From assembly GCA_015484985.1 (NCBI GenBank), contig WFUL01000173.1:1-33776 (forward strand): DNA of 33,776 nt, read 5' to 3'. The notes below the pieces were generated by a model. It had not been told where the DNA came from. It saw only the letters and a list, made by a program, of their open reading frames with translations, and searched no databases. This document shows, in pieces, positions 15,231-24,491 of this stretch (within the stretch, counting starts at the first letter, position 1; each line of letters starts with the position of its first letter). Origin of the DNA: Anaerolineales bacterium (GTDB lineage: Bacteria > Chloroflexota > Anaerolineae > Anaerolineales > DRMV01). The position numbers and the translations under genes are program-made.

Positions 15231-16124
15231 CTATCCCTCCATCTTTTCACAGAATTCCAGCGCGGTATAGCCGCCAACAAACTTCCCGTCCACGATACGG
15301 CCCCAGGTATAGCCATCGGCCTGAACCTTGTCACCGACACCAATGACATCCCCACGATGTAGCAGGCCGATGGCATCGTAATTCAGGCCAGGTCCCTTAC
15401 GCACCCGCAGGGCCGAGGCTTTTACCTGCCACTTTTCGCCCTTTACCAGCACCAGTTCAGGCGTAGTGGACTGTAATTCGCACAGCCAGGCGATGGCCTT
15501 CCACTCCCGGCCCTGAAAGGCCCAGCGAAGCAGGGCGGCCAGGTCGCCGTTGAACCGGTTCAGGTCCACCAGGCCCGAACCCACGCCGTATTTCTTTCCG
15601 TCGCCCTGGTTGGTATACTGCCACAGCCGCCAGGTCCTGCGGGTTTCCTTCCAGGCCCTGGGAAGCACAGGCTCGGGAGCGTCAGTATAATGGGCGACCC
15701 ACAGGTCCAGGTCCAGAATGATCTTCGGCGGGTCGCCCAGGGAATCCAGGAAGGCCGGACGGCTATACAGGATGGGCGGCCGCCGGAAGCGGGTTTCCAC
15801 GGCCTGGGCAAACACCACCACCTCCGGCCATGTCACTGGCCCCTTCTCCAAATCCAGTACGGGCGGAAGTTCTCCCAAGTCGCCTGTTGAGGATACGGCC
15901 TCAAAGAACGTCTCGGCCTGGCGCATGGCCGGGACGCCAGGCTGCCAGAAATGGTATGCGCCGCGCAAGAGTTTGCCGCGGCTGCCCTGCCAGAATTCCC
16001 GGAATTTCGGGTCCTCAAAGAGGCCCTGGGTTGCCTTGATGAAAACGAACCGGGCTCCGGCAGCGCGCATGACGTGCCAGTCTATGTCGCGCTGCCACTT
16101 CGATACGTCAGTCCCAATGACCAT
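15231..16124 (-). CDS. endolysin: GH25 muramidase plus a C-terminal SH3-like wall-binding domain
   Basis: GTDVSKWQRDIDWHVMRAAGARFVFIKATQG...GAYHF (GH25 signature). C-terminus has ALRVRKGPGLNYDAIGLLHRGDVI...DGYTWGRI (SH3b-like). Confidence 0.9.
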   Translation of the reverse strand: MVIGTDVSKWQRDIDWHVMRAAGARFVFIKATQGLFEDPKFREFWQGSRGKLLRGAYHFWQPGVPAMRQAETFFEAVSSTGDLGELPPVLDLEKGPVTWPEVVVFAQAVETRFRRPPILYSRPAFLDSLGDPPKIILDLDLWVAHYTDAPEPVLPRAWKETRRTWRLWQYTNQGDGKKYGVGSGLVDLNRFNGDLAALLRWAFQGREWKAIAWLCELQSTTPELVLVKGEKWQVKASALRVRKGPGLNYDAIGLLHRGDVIGVGDKVQADGYTWGRIVDGKFVGGYTALEFCEKMEG

Positions 16125-16135
16125 ATTTCACCTCC

Positions 16136-16501
16136 TCACCCCATCGGTCTCCCGGTTTTTCCTGGACCCGATGGTTTCCGAACCTCGCCGGTGCTGGGGT
16201 CCAGATATGCGGGCATACCCGGCGATTGCGAACCGCCGCGCTTCCCGCCGCCTGGCCCTGCGCCGGGCGCAAGCGGGGAAGAGGTACGAGCAATGAGGCC
16301 CAGCCGCAATGCAATGAGATTGAGCTTTTGCTCGACCGTGAGGCGCTGCCATTCATCCAAAATCAGCTGCGCGTGTTTCGCACGGCGCTCTTCCGCATCT
16401 TCCGGCTCAATGACGCCGTCCGGACGCAACCGGACGGGCGGATAATGATGGTGCTTTTCGTGACGTAGTTTTCTTTTCACGCGCATATTCTTTCGCTGCA
16501 T
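16136..16501 (-). CDS. hypothetical basic protein (121 aa)
   Basis: Start MQRKNMRVKRK follows GGAGGTGTGAC. The track's longer N-terminus overlaps the upstream gene. Confidence 0.6.
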   Translation of the reverse strand: MQRKNMRVKRKLRHEKHHHYPPVRLRPDGVIEPEDAEERRAKHAQLILDEWQRLTVEQKLNLIALRLGLIARTSSPLAPGAGPGGGKRGGSQSPGMPAYLDPSTGEVRKPSGPGKTGRPMG

Positions 16502-16502
16502 G

Positions 16503-16832
16503 TCACACCTCCAGAGTTCGAATGCATCCGGGTACGGGCATGCCAGACACGATTTCCGGCGCGCCCACCACCGCAACCTCATACGTGGTCCCCGGGATGT
16601 TCGCCAGGGATACCTCGCCACGGCCCTGGGCGTCCAGGGATATGGAGACAATAGCATCATTCACGCGGATGTCCACAAAAGCCGTGCCAGGGTCAGCCTG
16701 GACAGGGACGCGCCACGTGTCCGAGGCTGCGTCATAGTATGGCTTGTCCAGGATCGCGGGAGAGTTTGCCTCTCTCGTGATATATTCCACATTTCCGCCC
16801 CGAATATGCATTTCATTCCATTGCACCCTCAT
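16503..16832 (-). CDS. small beta-rich (Ig-like?) tail-fibre-associated protein
   Basis: 109 aa. SD AGGAGGTGAAGC. It lies immediately downstream of the fibre gene. Confidence 0.6.
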   Translation of the reverse strand: MRVQWNEMHIRGGNVEYITREANSPAILDKPYYDAASDTWRVPVQADPGTAFVDIRVNDAIVSISLDAQGRGEVSLANIPGTTYEVAVVGAPEIVSGMPVPGCIRTLEV

Positions 16833-16842
16833 GCTTCACCTC

Positions 16843-17760
16843 CTATTTCAGGCCCACAACAATAAATTTACTACCGGCCAGAATGAGTGTCCCGGCCTTT
16901 ATGGTCAGTGTAATGTCTGTGATGGGAGGAGTGATAGAAATCACTCCTTGCCGTATCGAAAATCTATCCTCGACCGAGGATATAGTTCTTACCAGAGCAT
17001 TTGCCTCATTCGAGATGACGGCCGTCGCACCGCCCTTCGCAGCAGTACCGCCGACCAAGAAATCGATATATGTAAGTGCTCCCCCCACGACAGAGCCCGA
17101 AGTAAGCACATCTACATACATCGCGTTCACGGCCGACGAATTTCCATTTAGGGAAATCTGTATCCCATCTCGGTTTGACGTATAGTTGCCCTGCGCCGAT
17201 GCATATATGATGAATGCGCTGTATTCATCATCGGGAACAGATATATTCACGGACGAAACGTCCGTGGCAAGCGTAATATCTGCGATAATGTCTGCTCGCC
17301 CAGGATCAGCAAATATTCGTCTGTCGGTGATAGTCGAAACAGATGTGGCACCCGCGGCGATGTAGACTTCAGCGATAGGAATTTCCCACAACACGCCAGC
17401 ATTTTGCGTCGGTGTGGGCGCGACAGGGGAAGCCGCAGGAGTGCCCTCAAGAACGGCAAGGCCAGACTGAGCCGAACCATTCACGAAATCCACTCGCACG
17501 ACCACCAGGTCTATGCGCGGATTGCTCGGGTCGGCAGGAGAAAGAGCCAGATTCTTTGTAGCCGTGTTTTCGTACCAAACGCCCTGGACCATTGCCACAC
17601 CTGATGCCACATCCACCGACAGGCCGGTCCCGGGCGAAACAGCAAGTTCTCCCCCTAAGCCTTTAATTACGCCATCGCCGCGCCACAACGAGGCGATTTT
17701 CGCCCACGTCGCGCTGTCAGGAATAGGTGAATCATCAAGGGGAAATAGAATCTCCGCCAT
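16843..17760 (-). CDS. tail fibre / receptor-binding protein
   Basis: N-terminus (WRGDGVIKGLGGELAVSPGTGLSVDVASGVAMVQGVWYEN...NPRIDLVVVRVD) is typical of siphovirus minor tail/fibre proteins. The C-terminal half has visibly lower G+C. Confidence 0.7.
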   Translation of the reverse strand: MAEILFPLDDSPIPDSATWAKIASLWRGDGVIKGLGGELAVSPGTGLSVDVASGVAMVQGVWYENTATKNLALSPADPSNPRIDLVVVRVDFVNGSAQSGLAVLEGTPAASPVAPTPTQNAGVLWEIPIAEVYIAAGATSVSTITDRRIFADPGRADIIADITLATDVSSVNISVPDDEYSAFIIYASAQGNYTSNRDGIQISLNGNSSAVNAMYVDVLTSGSVVGGALTYIDFLVGGTAAKGGATAVISNEANALVRTISSVEDRFSIRQGVISITPPITDITLTIKAGTLILAGSKFIVVGLK

Positions 17761-17770
17761 GTCTGTCCTC

Positions 17771-18826
17771 CTACTTCGTACTCAGAAGTTCCACACCTCG
17801 AACCAGTTTTTCGATGCCCAGGCGCACCAGGTCGGGCGTGGACACTCCCGGGCGCTCGGCCACGGTGAGGGTCCACCCCTGAAGCGAGTAGGTCACTGCC
17901 GTTACCACCATGTTCCGCTCCTGCCCGTCCACATACACGCGTACGGTGTCACCGGGAAGGATGCCCGACCGAATGGCGATGCTGGGCGTGACCACCGCGC
18001 TATAGCCGCTGGCACGCGCCCGGAGCCATTGTAGCGCCATCTCTTCCAGGTCTGAGGCCACAGACACACCCCGCACGTCCCAAAACGCCTCGATGTTCCC
18101 CCAGGCCGCCAGGTCCGAGGGCATGTACTTCACCACGATGACGCGGGTCGTGCCGCTGCCCTCGCCCGCGGCCACCACGGAAGACGCCTCGGGGACCTGA
18201 TACTCCCACTCGATTTTTTCCACCGTCCCAGCGTTCACATCGAAAAGCAGGCTGTCATATCGCACGCCCTGGTCCACTACCAGTGTCGTACCCTGGAACC
18301 GGAACCGGACCTCGCCCAGGGTCGCAATCTCTTTTAGTAGATTGCGGAGCCGGTCGAACCGGGCGGAAACCTTTACATCGTTCCCCAGACTCGGGTCCGA
18401 GCCCAACGTAATACCGAGACGTCGCCAGGACAGGGCCGAAGGTCCGGCATTCACGTCCACGTAATGCAGGATGGCCGAGGACGCCTTCCCGGTGAAACTG
18501 TCAAATTCCTGCGCCGCAAAGTTCCCGGACGGCTCAGGCCAGGCCAGGCAATCACCCAGGATGCCCACTAAGTCCATCAGGTACACGGTCAGGTCCTTCT
18601 GCTGATTGTTGCGCGCCTGGCTACCGCGGTATCCCCGAATCTTCCCACGCCATACCTCGGTGCCGTCCGCCAGCACGGCCACCAGGCCCCGGGCTTCCAC
18701 AGGCGGACGCACGGTGACCGTGACCATCCCCGGCCCGGCATCATTCAGGCGCAGGGTCAGGCTCGCGGAAGAGGCCACGGCCTCGGCCAGGTACTGCCAT
18801 CCGCTATCCGTCCAGAATAGCCGCAT
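17771..18826 (-). CDS. tail-associated (Tal / prophage-tail) hub protein
   Basis: 351 aa, directly after Dit. Assigned by sequence style and position. Confidence 0.75.
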   Translation of the reverse strand: MRLFWTDSGWQYLAEAVASSASLTLRLNDAGPGMVTVTVRPPVEARGLVAVLADGTEVWRGKIRGYRGSQARNNQQKDLTVYLMDLVGILGDCLAWPEPSGNFAAQEFDSFTGKASSAILHYVDVNAGPSALSWRRLGITLGSDPSLGNDVKVSARFDRLRNLLKEIATLGEVRFRFQGTTLVVDQGVRYDSLLFDVNAGTVEKIEWEYQVPEASSVVAAGEGSGTTRVIVVKYMPSDLAAWGNIEAFWDVRGVSVASDLEEMALQWLRARASGYSAVVTPSIAIRSGILPGDTVRVYVDGQERNMVVTAVTYSLQGWTLTVAERPGVSTPDLVRLGIEKLVRGVELLSTK

Positions 18827-18827
18827 G

Positions 18828-19631
18828 TCACCACGCTCCCGAGTACGATGGGTTCCAGGTCATGCTCACCGACGTGCCCGCCGAAGAATTCGGAGCCAGG
18901 ATGCGAATCTGGTTCGTCCCGGGCACCAGCGGCCAGAACCGGCCCTCGACCTCGCTCATCCTATTTGCCCCCGTCCCATCCACGACCGTAGCGGGCGGGC
19001 GCGTGTTCACGATGCGCGTCTCGCCTGCCGCCAAAGGCTGCGCCAGTTTCAACGTCAAGCCCAAGGTCCGGTTTTCCAGCACCACATAATCGCACGGCCC
19101 AATAATAGTGAACGTGGGCCAGGCCACATCCTGGCCGTCCACGGTCACCGTTTCCTCTGAATACACCGCGCCCGACGTGACGTAGAGGGGCGGAACCGGA
19201 AAGAACAGGGGCCGTGCACCCTGACTGAAGGTTTTGGACTGGGTCGGCCCGAGCCACCAGGGCCAGGGCGCGAAAAACCGCACGCTGATGGCCCACTCCC
19301 CGCCCCGGTGCTGGACCTGTTCCACAGCCCGGACGTAAGCCTCCATCGTGCGCGTCTCCGTCGCCTCAGCAACGAGGCGGCCCTTCTTTCCCACCTGAAG
19401 CACGGCCATGAGCGCGTCCCGCTTCGTGGTGTCCTCGGCGATGATGTTCAGCAGGACTTCCCGGCCCTGGGCCACCACATCCCGCACATAGGCCCCGCCC
19501 AGGTCCAGGTCGGACATCTCGAAGCGCAGGGCTGGAAAGGAAAACACGCCGGACTCGGACACCAGAACGTACCCGTTATCCGGCGACAGGTCTATGGTGG
19601 TCCCTTCCAGTTCCCACTTCAACCGGTTCAT
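18828..19631 (-). CDS. distal tail protein (Dit, Sipho_tail-like)
   Basis: 267 aa, directly after the tape measure. N-terminus MNRLKWELEGTTIDLS... Confidence 0.8.
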   Translation of the reverse strand: MNRLKWELEGTTIDLSPDNGYVLVSESGVFSFPALRFEMSDLDLGGAYVRDVVAQGREVLLNIIAEDTTKRDALMAVLQVGKKGRLVAEATETRTMEAYVRAVEQVQHRGGEWAISVRFFAPWPWWLGPTQSKTFSQGARPLFFPVPPLYVTSGAVYSEETVTVDGQDVAWPTFTIIGPCDYVVLENRTLGLTLKLAQPLAAGETRIVNTRPPATVVDGTGANRMSEVEGRFWPLVPGTNQIRILAPNSSAGTSVSMTWNPSYSGAW

Positions 19632-19634
19632 GCC

Positions 19635-21536
19635 TTACACCCGCTCGAGTATTCCCAGAAATTGCGCCTGGCGCAAGACATTCAGCATGGCCTGCGGCGC
19701 AACCTCGCCACGTACACCCTGGAAAATGAATGTGGCGTTGATAGACGGCTCCGCCGCGCGCTCAGGGCGTGCCGGTCGCTCCAGCATAGGCACGGTCAGG
19801 GACGGGTAGATAAAACCGGGCACACGAGGCATGAAAATCTCCGGCCCTCGCTCGCCCACCACGTAAGCAAAGCCGGGCATCACCGGCCCGCCGTGCTGTC
19901 GGGGCTCTTTAGAACCGCCGCCCCCAACGCTGCCGCCTTGCACGCCCGGAATGGCGCCCGTCCAGTTCGACTGAACGTTCACCGTCACGTCTATCTCTTC
20001 CGGGATGGTTTCCAGGCGTTGCAAAATCTGGTCCAGTTTCTCCCGGAAGGCGTCTATGTCCTCATCCTCAGCGAGCGCGGCCAGGGCCTGGTCTATGGAG
20101 ATGGCGGCTTGGGCCGTCTTCTGGTCTATCAGACCCCACTTCGAGGCAATGTCCACCAGGGCCGCCAGTTCCGTCTCGGTCAGGCCGTCCATCGCAGCAC
20201 GTTGCTGAAGCAGGTTGAAAATGATACGCTTCGTAGCCTCATCATGCCGCTCTTTTTCTTCCTCAATTTTCGCGATGACCTCATCGTATCGCTGTCGCAG
20301 TTCTTCCAGTTCCTGGCGCTGTCTGCGGGTCAGATACCTACGGCTTTCCAGTTCCGTGATACGGTCCCGCAGGTCCGCCGCCTTCTTTTCCAGTCGGGCC
20401 ATGCGTTCCTCGTGGCGTTCCTCCTCTTCCCGAAGTGGCCCGGCCACGAAGAGGCGCAGGTCGGCGAAGGATTGTTTCACCTCGTCTACACTCATAGCAA
20501 TGCGGTCCATCGCGTCCTCGGTGCCCTGGGCCATATCTTTCATAGCCACAAGCCAGCCGTCAGTCAGTTCCGGTGCGGTAAGCATCATGCGCCGCATCTG
20601 CCATTCGGCCTCGGACACCGGGCGGATGATGTCCGAGGCCACAGCTTGGGCAATAGCAGGAAGTTGCCGCCGCCACTCCCAGGACATGCGCAGGTATTCA
20701 TCATAGGAACCGGCGCTGCGGATGATTTCGTCATGCGCCTGCCGTGCTGCGCTCCGTATGGCCTCCGTGCCGCCAATAAACCCCTCTACCGCGTCAGCGA
20801 ACCGTGTTGCAGCCGTGGTCCACCAGTCCTGCATTCGGGCTTTAAGTCGTTCTACCGACGTGGCCGTTTTGTATCCTTGCTTTTCAAGCGCTGCGAGTTT
20901 CTCTTCAGCGATTTCCAGTGTGGCCGTCACAAAGGCCGTCTGCCGGTCCAGACCGGGCATCTCTTCCTGGAGTTCCCGGATGCGCTCCCGCACCTTCGCC
21001 GCGCTGATACCGAAGGTGTCCAGGCGCGGAATAGAGGCGTTCGCCAGCATCAGCGTGAAATCCTCGAAGGCCGTCTGGACATCCCGGCCCATCGAGGTTC
21101 CCAGCATGACCGCAACCCGCGCAAGTCGCCCGGCCTCTTCCGCATTTTTCGCCAGGTTCATCGCCATCAGCCGGGCCGCCATCTGCGCCGCGGTCATCCG
21201 GTCCACCGCGCCATCCGTGGCTTCCTGAACCGCGCGAATGGCAGCCTCGGCTTCCCAGGAAGAACCAGCATAGGCCTGAAGCGCTATCTCGGCCCGTTGC
21301 GCCTGAATACCTGTTTCGTACAGGCCCTTGGCAAATTCCCACACCTGCTGAAGCGTGTACCCGGCCAGGAAGCTTGCAACCAGGTTCCCGGCCATAGACA
21401 GCGCACGCATGGCTCCAGAGGCCTTCTGGGCGCTTTTTTCCAGACCTTCCAGGCCCTGGGCCATACGCCGTACTTGGGCCTCGCCCTCAGCCTGCGCTCG
21501 TATCAGAATCTCGACCGTGCTCTGTACCCTCGCCAT
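19635..21536 (-). CDS. tail tape measure protein
   Basis: 633 aa, helical, A/E/R/Q-rich. It lies after the G/GT chaperones. Confidence 0.9.
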   Translation of the reverse strand: MARVQSTVEILIRAQAEGEAQVRRMAQGLEGLEKSAQKASGAMRALSMAGNLVASFLAGYTLQQVWEFAKGLYETGIQAQRAEIALQAYAGSSWEAEAAIRAVQEATDGAVDRMTAAQMAARLMAMNLAKNAEEAGRLARVAVMLGTSMGRDVQTAFEDFTLMLANASIPRLDTFGISAAKVRERIRELQEEMPGLDRQTAFVTATLEIAEEKLAALEKQGYKTATSVERLKARMQDWWTTAATRFADAVEGFIGGTEAIRSAARQAHDEIIRSAGSYDEYLRMSWEWRRQLPAIAQAVASDIIRPVSEAEWQMRRMMLTAPELTDGWLVAMKDMAQGTEDAMDRIAMSVDEVKQSFADLRLFVAGPLREEEERHEERMARLEKKAADLRDRITELESRRYLTRRQRQELEELRQRYDEVIAKIEEEKERHDEATKRIIFNLLQQRAAMDGLTETELAALVDIASKWGLIDQKTAQAAISIDQALAALAEDEDIDAFREKLDQILQRLETIPEEIDVTVNVQSNWTGAIPGVQGGSVGGGGSKEPRQHGGPVMPGFAYVVGERGPEIFMPRVPGFIYPSLTVPMLERPARPERAAEPSINATFIFQGVRGEVAPQAMLNVLRQAQFLGILERV

Positions 21537-22127
21537 GCTTCATCACCTCGCGCGCCCATTTCACCAGCTGCCAGGCACTGGGGTTTTCCCGGGTCCACTT
21601 TCCCAGTTCACCGGGCCGCAACGTGCGGTATTCCATCCACGCGTGAAACAGGTCCTCGGCCAGCGCCATGCGCCCGAGAAGGCCCACGGGTTGGTCCCAC
21701 AGTCCACCTCCGTAAGGAAGCACGCCCCAGCGCCGGAAATCGAAAACCCACCTGAGTATACGGGGCGGAGAGAGTTCCAGGTCACCACGCCCTTCTCGGT
21801 GGGCCAGTACACTCTCAGCATATTCCACGACCTCACGTACGGTTTTCAGGAGCCTTTTTTTGCCACGTTCAGCACGTCCGCGACGGTGTTCAGCACCTCA
21901 TCCGCCAGGCGAACCACCTCGGCGGGCGGCAGGTTACCCACCTGCTCTGGCTCCAGTCCTTCTACCCATCCCAGAGACGCGGCCGCGCGCAGGGCCGCAC
22001 CTCGGTACACCGAAAGTACGTACCGCTTTCGGCCCTGGGGGAGATAGTCCTCCATCGCCATCTGGAATTCTTCCAGATGGCGCTGAAGGAAAGGCTTGGG
22101 CATGTTTACCTTGTGCTTCCCGCTCAT
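21487..22127 (-). CDS. tail assembly chaperone GT (-1 programmed frameshift product)
   Basis: The -1 frame is open from the slippery site into ORF 21487..21828 (…RLLKTVREVVEYAESVLAHREG…). Slip at GCA_AAA_AAA. Confidence 0.65.
21846..22127 (-). CDS. tail assembly chaperone G
   Basis: 93 aa, between the major tail and tape measure genes. ATGA overlap with the major tail gene. Confidence 0.8.
   Translation of the reverse strand: MSGKHKVNMPKPFLQRHLEEFQMAMEDYLPQGRKRYVLSVYRGAALRAAASLGWVEGLEPEQVGNLPPAEVVRLADEVLNTVADVLNVAKKGS
21855..21861 (-). promoter_or_regulatory. A_AAA_AAA -1 ribosomal slippery heptamer
   Basis: Seven A on the minus strand in X_XXY_YYZ register, 2 codons before the G stop. Confidence 0.7.
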
Positions 22128-23122
22128 GGCAACGTCGCCACCTCCGTTTTGGTCTGGGCCTTGAGCCAGTTGCCCATGCCGCCCGTCTTCGTGTCCACCA
22201 GGCCCATCAGGGTCAGGTCCACGGCCAGCACGCCGTCCTGGTCACCAATATCCGGCGTTTGCGGTATATAGCCCGCAAAGTCGAAGGTCAGTTGCTCCTG
22301 GACACCGTTCGCATTCGTGCGGGTCGCCCGGATGCGGACCACCTTCTTCATCGGACCAGTACCGGTCATGTGTGCCTCAAAAATACTCTTCGCTGTGCCC
22401 GTGAGTTCCAGGCTCAGCACCAGACGACCGGACCAGCGCGCCTTGCGGTACCCCACAGGCTCCAGGAAGCGCAGGTCAGGCTTCAGCGCCCGGTTTGTGT
22501 TCATCTGAAGTTCGAACCGGAAAAGGGTCTCCGAGTTCGGTAGCAGCGTGGTCCCCGGGGCCGTGCCAAAGTCGTCTATGTAGATGGTCAGGTCCAGCCC
22601 GCGCAAGTAATTCACCGCCCGGTCGGAAAGGGTCGCCAAGGTGCCCGTATCCAGTTTCTTCCCAATGAATTCTGCGCTGAACCGGAGTGCAGGCTCGGTA
22701 TTGTTACCAGAGATGGTCAGGCTTGCCAGGGTCGCACCGGTCAACGTGTATATGGCACCGCTTTTCCCCCAAACCAACGTGCTAATGCGGGGAGTCGGCT
22801 CCACATCATCCGGTGCAGCATAGTCTCGCGTGTAGGGAGCGGCCGCGCCCTGGGGCGTGGCCTCGCCAAAAAGGGCGTCCAGGAAATACACGAAGTCGGG
22901 CAGGCAAACGTATCCTTCTACGGTCATACCGCCCTCTTTCCGGGTACTCTCGGCGTCATGCGCCGGAGCCAGCGAGCCCCGAAAGTCCGCGATGGCTTCC
23001 ACGTCGTGCGTACCGCGCGGCCGCACGTCCAGGATGCCCATCAGCCGCGCCGTGGGCGTGACTGGCGTTCCCCAAGCGGTTTCTTTTCCGATTTGCAGTT
23101 CCACCAGGTCTTTCGTGGTCAT
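22124..23122 (-). CDS. major tail (tube) protein
   Basis: 332 aa, beta-rich, upstream of the chaperones. ATG at 23122 lies 5 nt after GGAGG. The track's GTG at 23128 lies inside the SD. Confidence 0.75.
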   Translation of the reverse strand: MTTKDLVELQIGKETAWGTPVTPTARLMGILDVRPRGTHDVEAIADFRGSLAPAHDAESTRKEGGMTVEGYVCLPDFVYFLDALFGEATPQGAAAPYTRDYAAPDDVEPTPRISTLVWGKSGAIYTLTGATLASLTISGNNTEPALRFSAEFIGKKLDTGTLATLSDRAVNYLRGLDLTIYIDDFGTAPGTTLLPNSETLFRFELQMNTNRALKPDLRFLEPVGYRKARWSGRLVLSLELTGTAKSIFEAHMTGTGPMKKVVRIRATRTNANGVQEQLTFDFAGYIPQTPDIGDQDGVLAVDLTLMGLVDTKTGGMGNWLKAQTKTEVATLP

Positions 23123-23139
23123 GTCCACCTCCTATGGTC

Positions 23140-23170
23140 CCGGTTTTTGTTGCGACCAACAAAAAACCGG
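23140..23170. repeat. AT-rich palindrome with a GC clamp, CCGG-TTTTTGTTG-cgac-CAACAAAAAA-CCGG (copy 2 of 4)
   Basis: It fills the 42-nt gap just upstream of the major tail SD. No downstream U-tract on the minus strand. Confidence 0.75.
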
Positions 23171-23623
23171 TCAGCGGATTTCGTCTCCCACCATCACGTC
23201 CGCCCGTGCGCCAAAGTACAGATTTCCACTGCGGGCAGGATACTCGAAAACGCCCGTGCTGATGCTGATTTCCCGAAGTACCGCGGTGGTCGTGAGTTTT
23301 CGGAGAGGCTTCAGGGCTTCCAGGTACGCCTGCGCATAGGCCACCAGGTCCGGGGCCACGGTGTGCAGGCCCTCACCCTGGGCCAGAGGCCGGACCAGAA
23401 GCAGGTCCGTAATGACCCAGGTCACGGTGACCAGGCCTCCCTGGATGCCCGCATAGACGAAGTTTTCGCCTTCCCGTGGCTCCAGGGGAAGCAACAGGCG
23501 GCAGGGCAGGTCCGCCGTGGTTACCGACTCGGGAAGGCTGTCCACGTTGAACACCGTGACCGCCTTCCCGCCCACGGTCAGGCTCACCGCGGCCAGGGCG
23601 TCATACACGTCCCGAAGCGCCAT
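23171..23623 (-). CDS. head-tail joining / tail terminator-like protein (by position)
   Basis: 150 aa, between the adaptor and the major tail gene. TGATG overlap. Confidence 0.55.
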   Translation of the reverse strand: MALRDVYDALAAVSLTVGGKAVTVFNVDSLPESVTTADLPCRLLLPLEPREGENFVYAGIQGGLVTVTWVITDLLLVRPLAQGEGLHTVAPDLVAYAQAYLEALKPLRKLTTTAVLREISISTGVFEYPARSGNLYFGARADVMVGDEIR

Positions 23624-24204
23624 CAGACGAGCCTCCTGTACGGTGCCAGCATCTGCTGTATATCCTTCGGGAGCGCGCCGGGCATGATGACCACGCCATC
23701 ATTCGTAAGCAGGGGGCGGTCCAGGTCTGCGCTGGTGTCTTTCTGTCGGTACAGCCAGGCCGCCAGGCGGATGGTGGCGTGTTTCACAGCGTCAGGCGGC
23801 GTTTGGCTATATCCCCAAAGACCCGTTACCTGGACGGCCTTATCGCTTCGGCCCTCAGTCCAGGTCCAGTCGGTGTCCGCATGTTCCCAAGGAATCCACA
23901 GTGCCCAGTAAGGCGGCTTGGCGTTCGGCGGCCAGACCTGGACCTTGGCCGTGATGTCTGTGCCGTCGCCATTTACAACCTGGGTCAGACTTGCCAGGTC
24001 CTCGTCCAGGTACAGGATGCGGCCCTGAAAGGCATCAGAAAACATGTACTTGCGCGTGCCTGCGACCGCCGCAAACTCCCGGCCTGTAAAGGTTCGCACC
24101 AGGTCTGTTGCCCGGTTTAGCAATTCCGTGAGCAAAGCGTCATCCGCTGTAGACGTGCCAATGCCCAGGTATTGCTTCAGGTCGTCCAGCGTGGCGTATG
24201 CCAT
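23623..24204 (-). CDS. head-tail adaptor (gp6-like connector)
   Basis: MAYATLDDLKQYLGIGTSTADDALLTELLNRATDLVRTFTGREF is the typical gp6-like N-terminus. Confidence 0.8.
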   Translation of the reverse strand: MAYATLDDLKQYLGIGTSTADDALLTELLNRATDLVRTFTGREFAAVAGTRKYMFSDAFQGRILYLDEDLASLTQVVNGDGTDITAKVQVWPPNAKPPYWALWIPWEHADTDWTWTEGRSDKAVQVTGLWGYSQTPPDAVKHATIRLAAWLYRQKDTSADLDRPLLTNDGVVIMPGALPKDIQQMLAPYRRLV

Positions 24205-24223
24205 GCCCAGCGCTCCTCACCTA

Positions 24224-24430
24224 CTATTTTTTGCTCTCAGCCTTGGTCGCAGGCTCAGAGGGCGGGGGAGAGGCCACCTTCACCCGGGAAGCCTTGTACT
24301 TCTTGACGTAGCCCTTTTTCTCCCATTCTTTCGCCACGTCCTCGGGCACGGTCACCAGGTCGTCGGCCATGTAGGGCGTACCGGGAATGTGCTGAAGCAC
24401 CTGTACGGTCACGAATTTCTTTTCCGCCAT
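24224..24430 (-). CDS. small head-associated protein (68 aa)
   Basis: SD GGGAGGTATAGTA. Lysine-rich C-terminus. Role unknown. Confidence 0.6.
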   Translation of the reverse strand: MAEKKFVTVQVLQHIPGTPYMADDLVTVPEDVAKEWEKKGYVKKYKASRVKVASPPPSEPATKAESKK

Positions 24431-24455
24431 TACTATACCTCCCGGAAAGGGTTAG

Positions 24456-24479
24456 GGGCGGGGACATCAGTCCCCGCCC
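24456..24479 (-). other. 10-bp GC hairpin just after the capsid gene (no U-tract)
   Basis: GGGCGGGGAC-tgat-GTCCCCGCCC on the minus strand. Probably a 3' stabiliser or a weak terminator. Confidence 0.5.
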
Positions 24480-24491
24480 GTCAGGTTAGCG

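Noticed and set aside
18340-18360. Third T-loop-like motif CCGGTTCGACCGG inside the Tal gene
   Set aside because: The loop is 5 nt rather than 7 nt. There is no adjoining acceptor-like pairing, and it lies within well-supported coding sequence.
19308-21755. 815-aa plus-strand ORF, the longest in the track
   Set aside because: It lies exactly antisense to the tape measure gene. The translation is R/H/G/L/P-rich junk with no SD. This is the typical stop-free antisense frame of GC-rich coding DNA. The same applies to 24516..26111, 551..1759, 6725..7954, 26139..27302, 29939..30985 and 22958..23911.
21561-21836. Alternative-frame 91-aa minus ORF in the chaperone region
   Set aside because: It is in neither the G frame nor its -1 frame, has no SD, and is fully overlapped by the frameshift-supported T reading frame.
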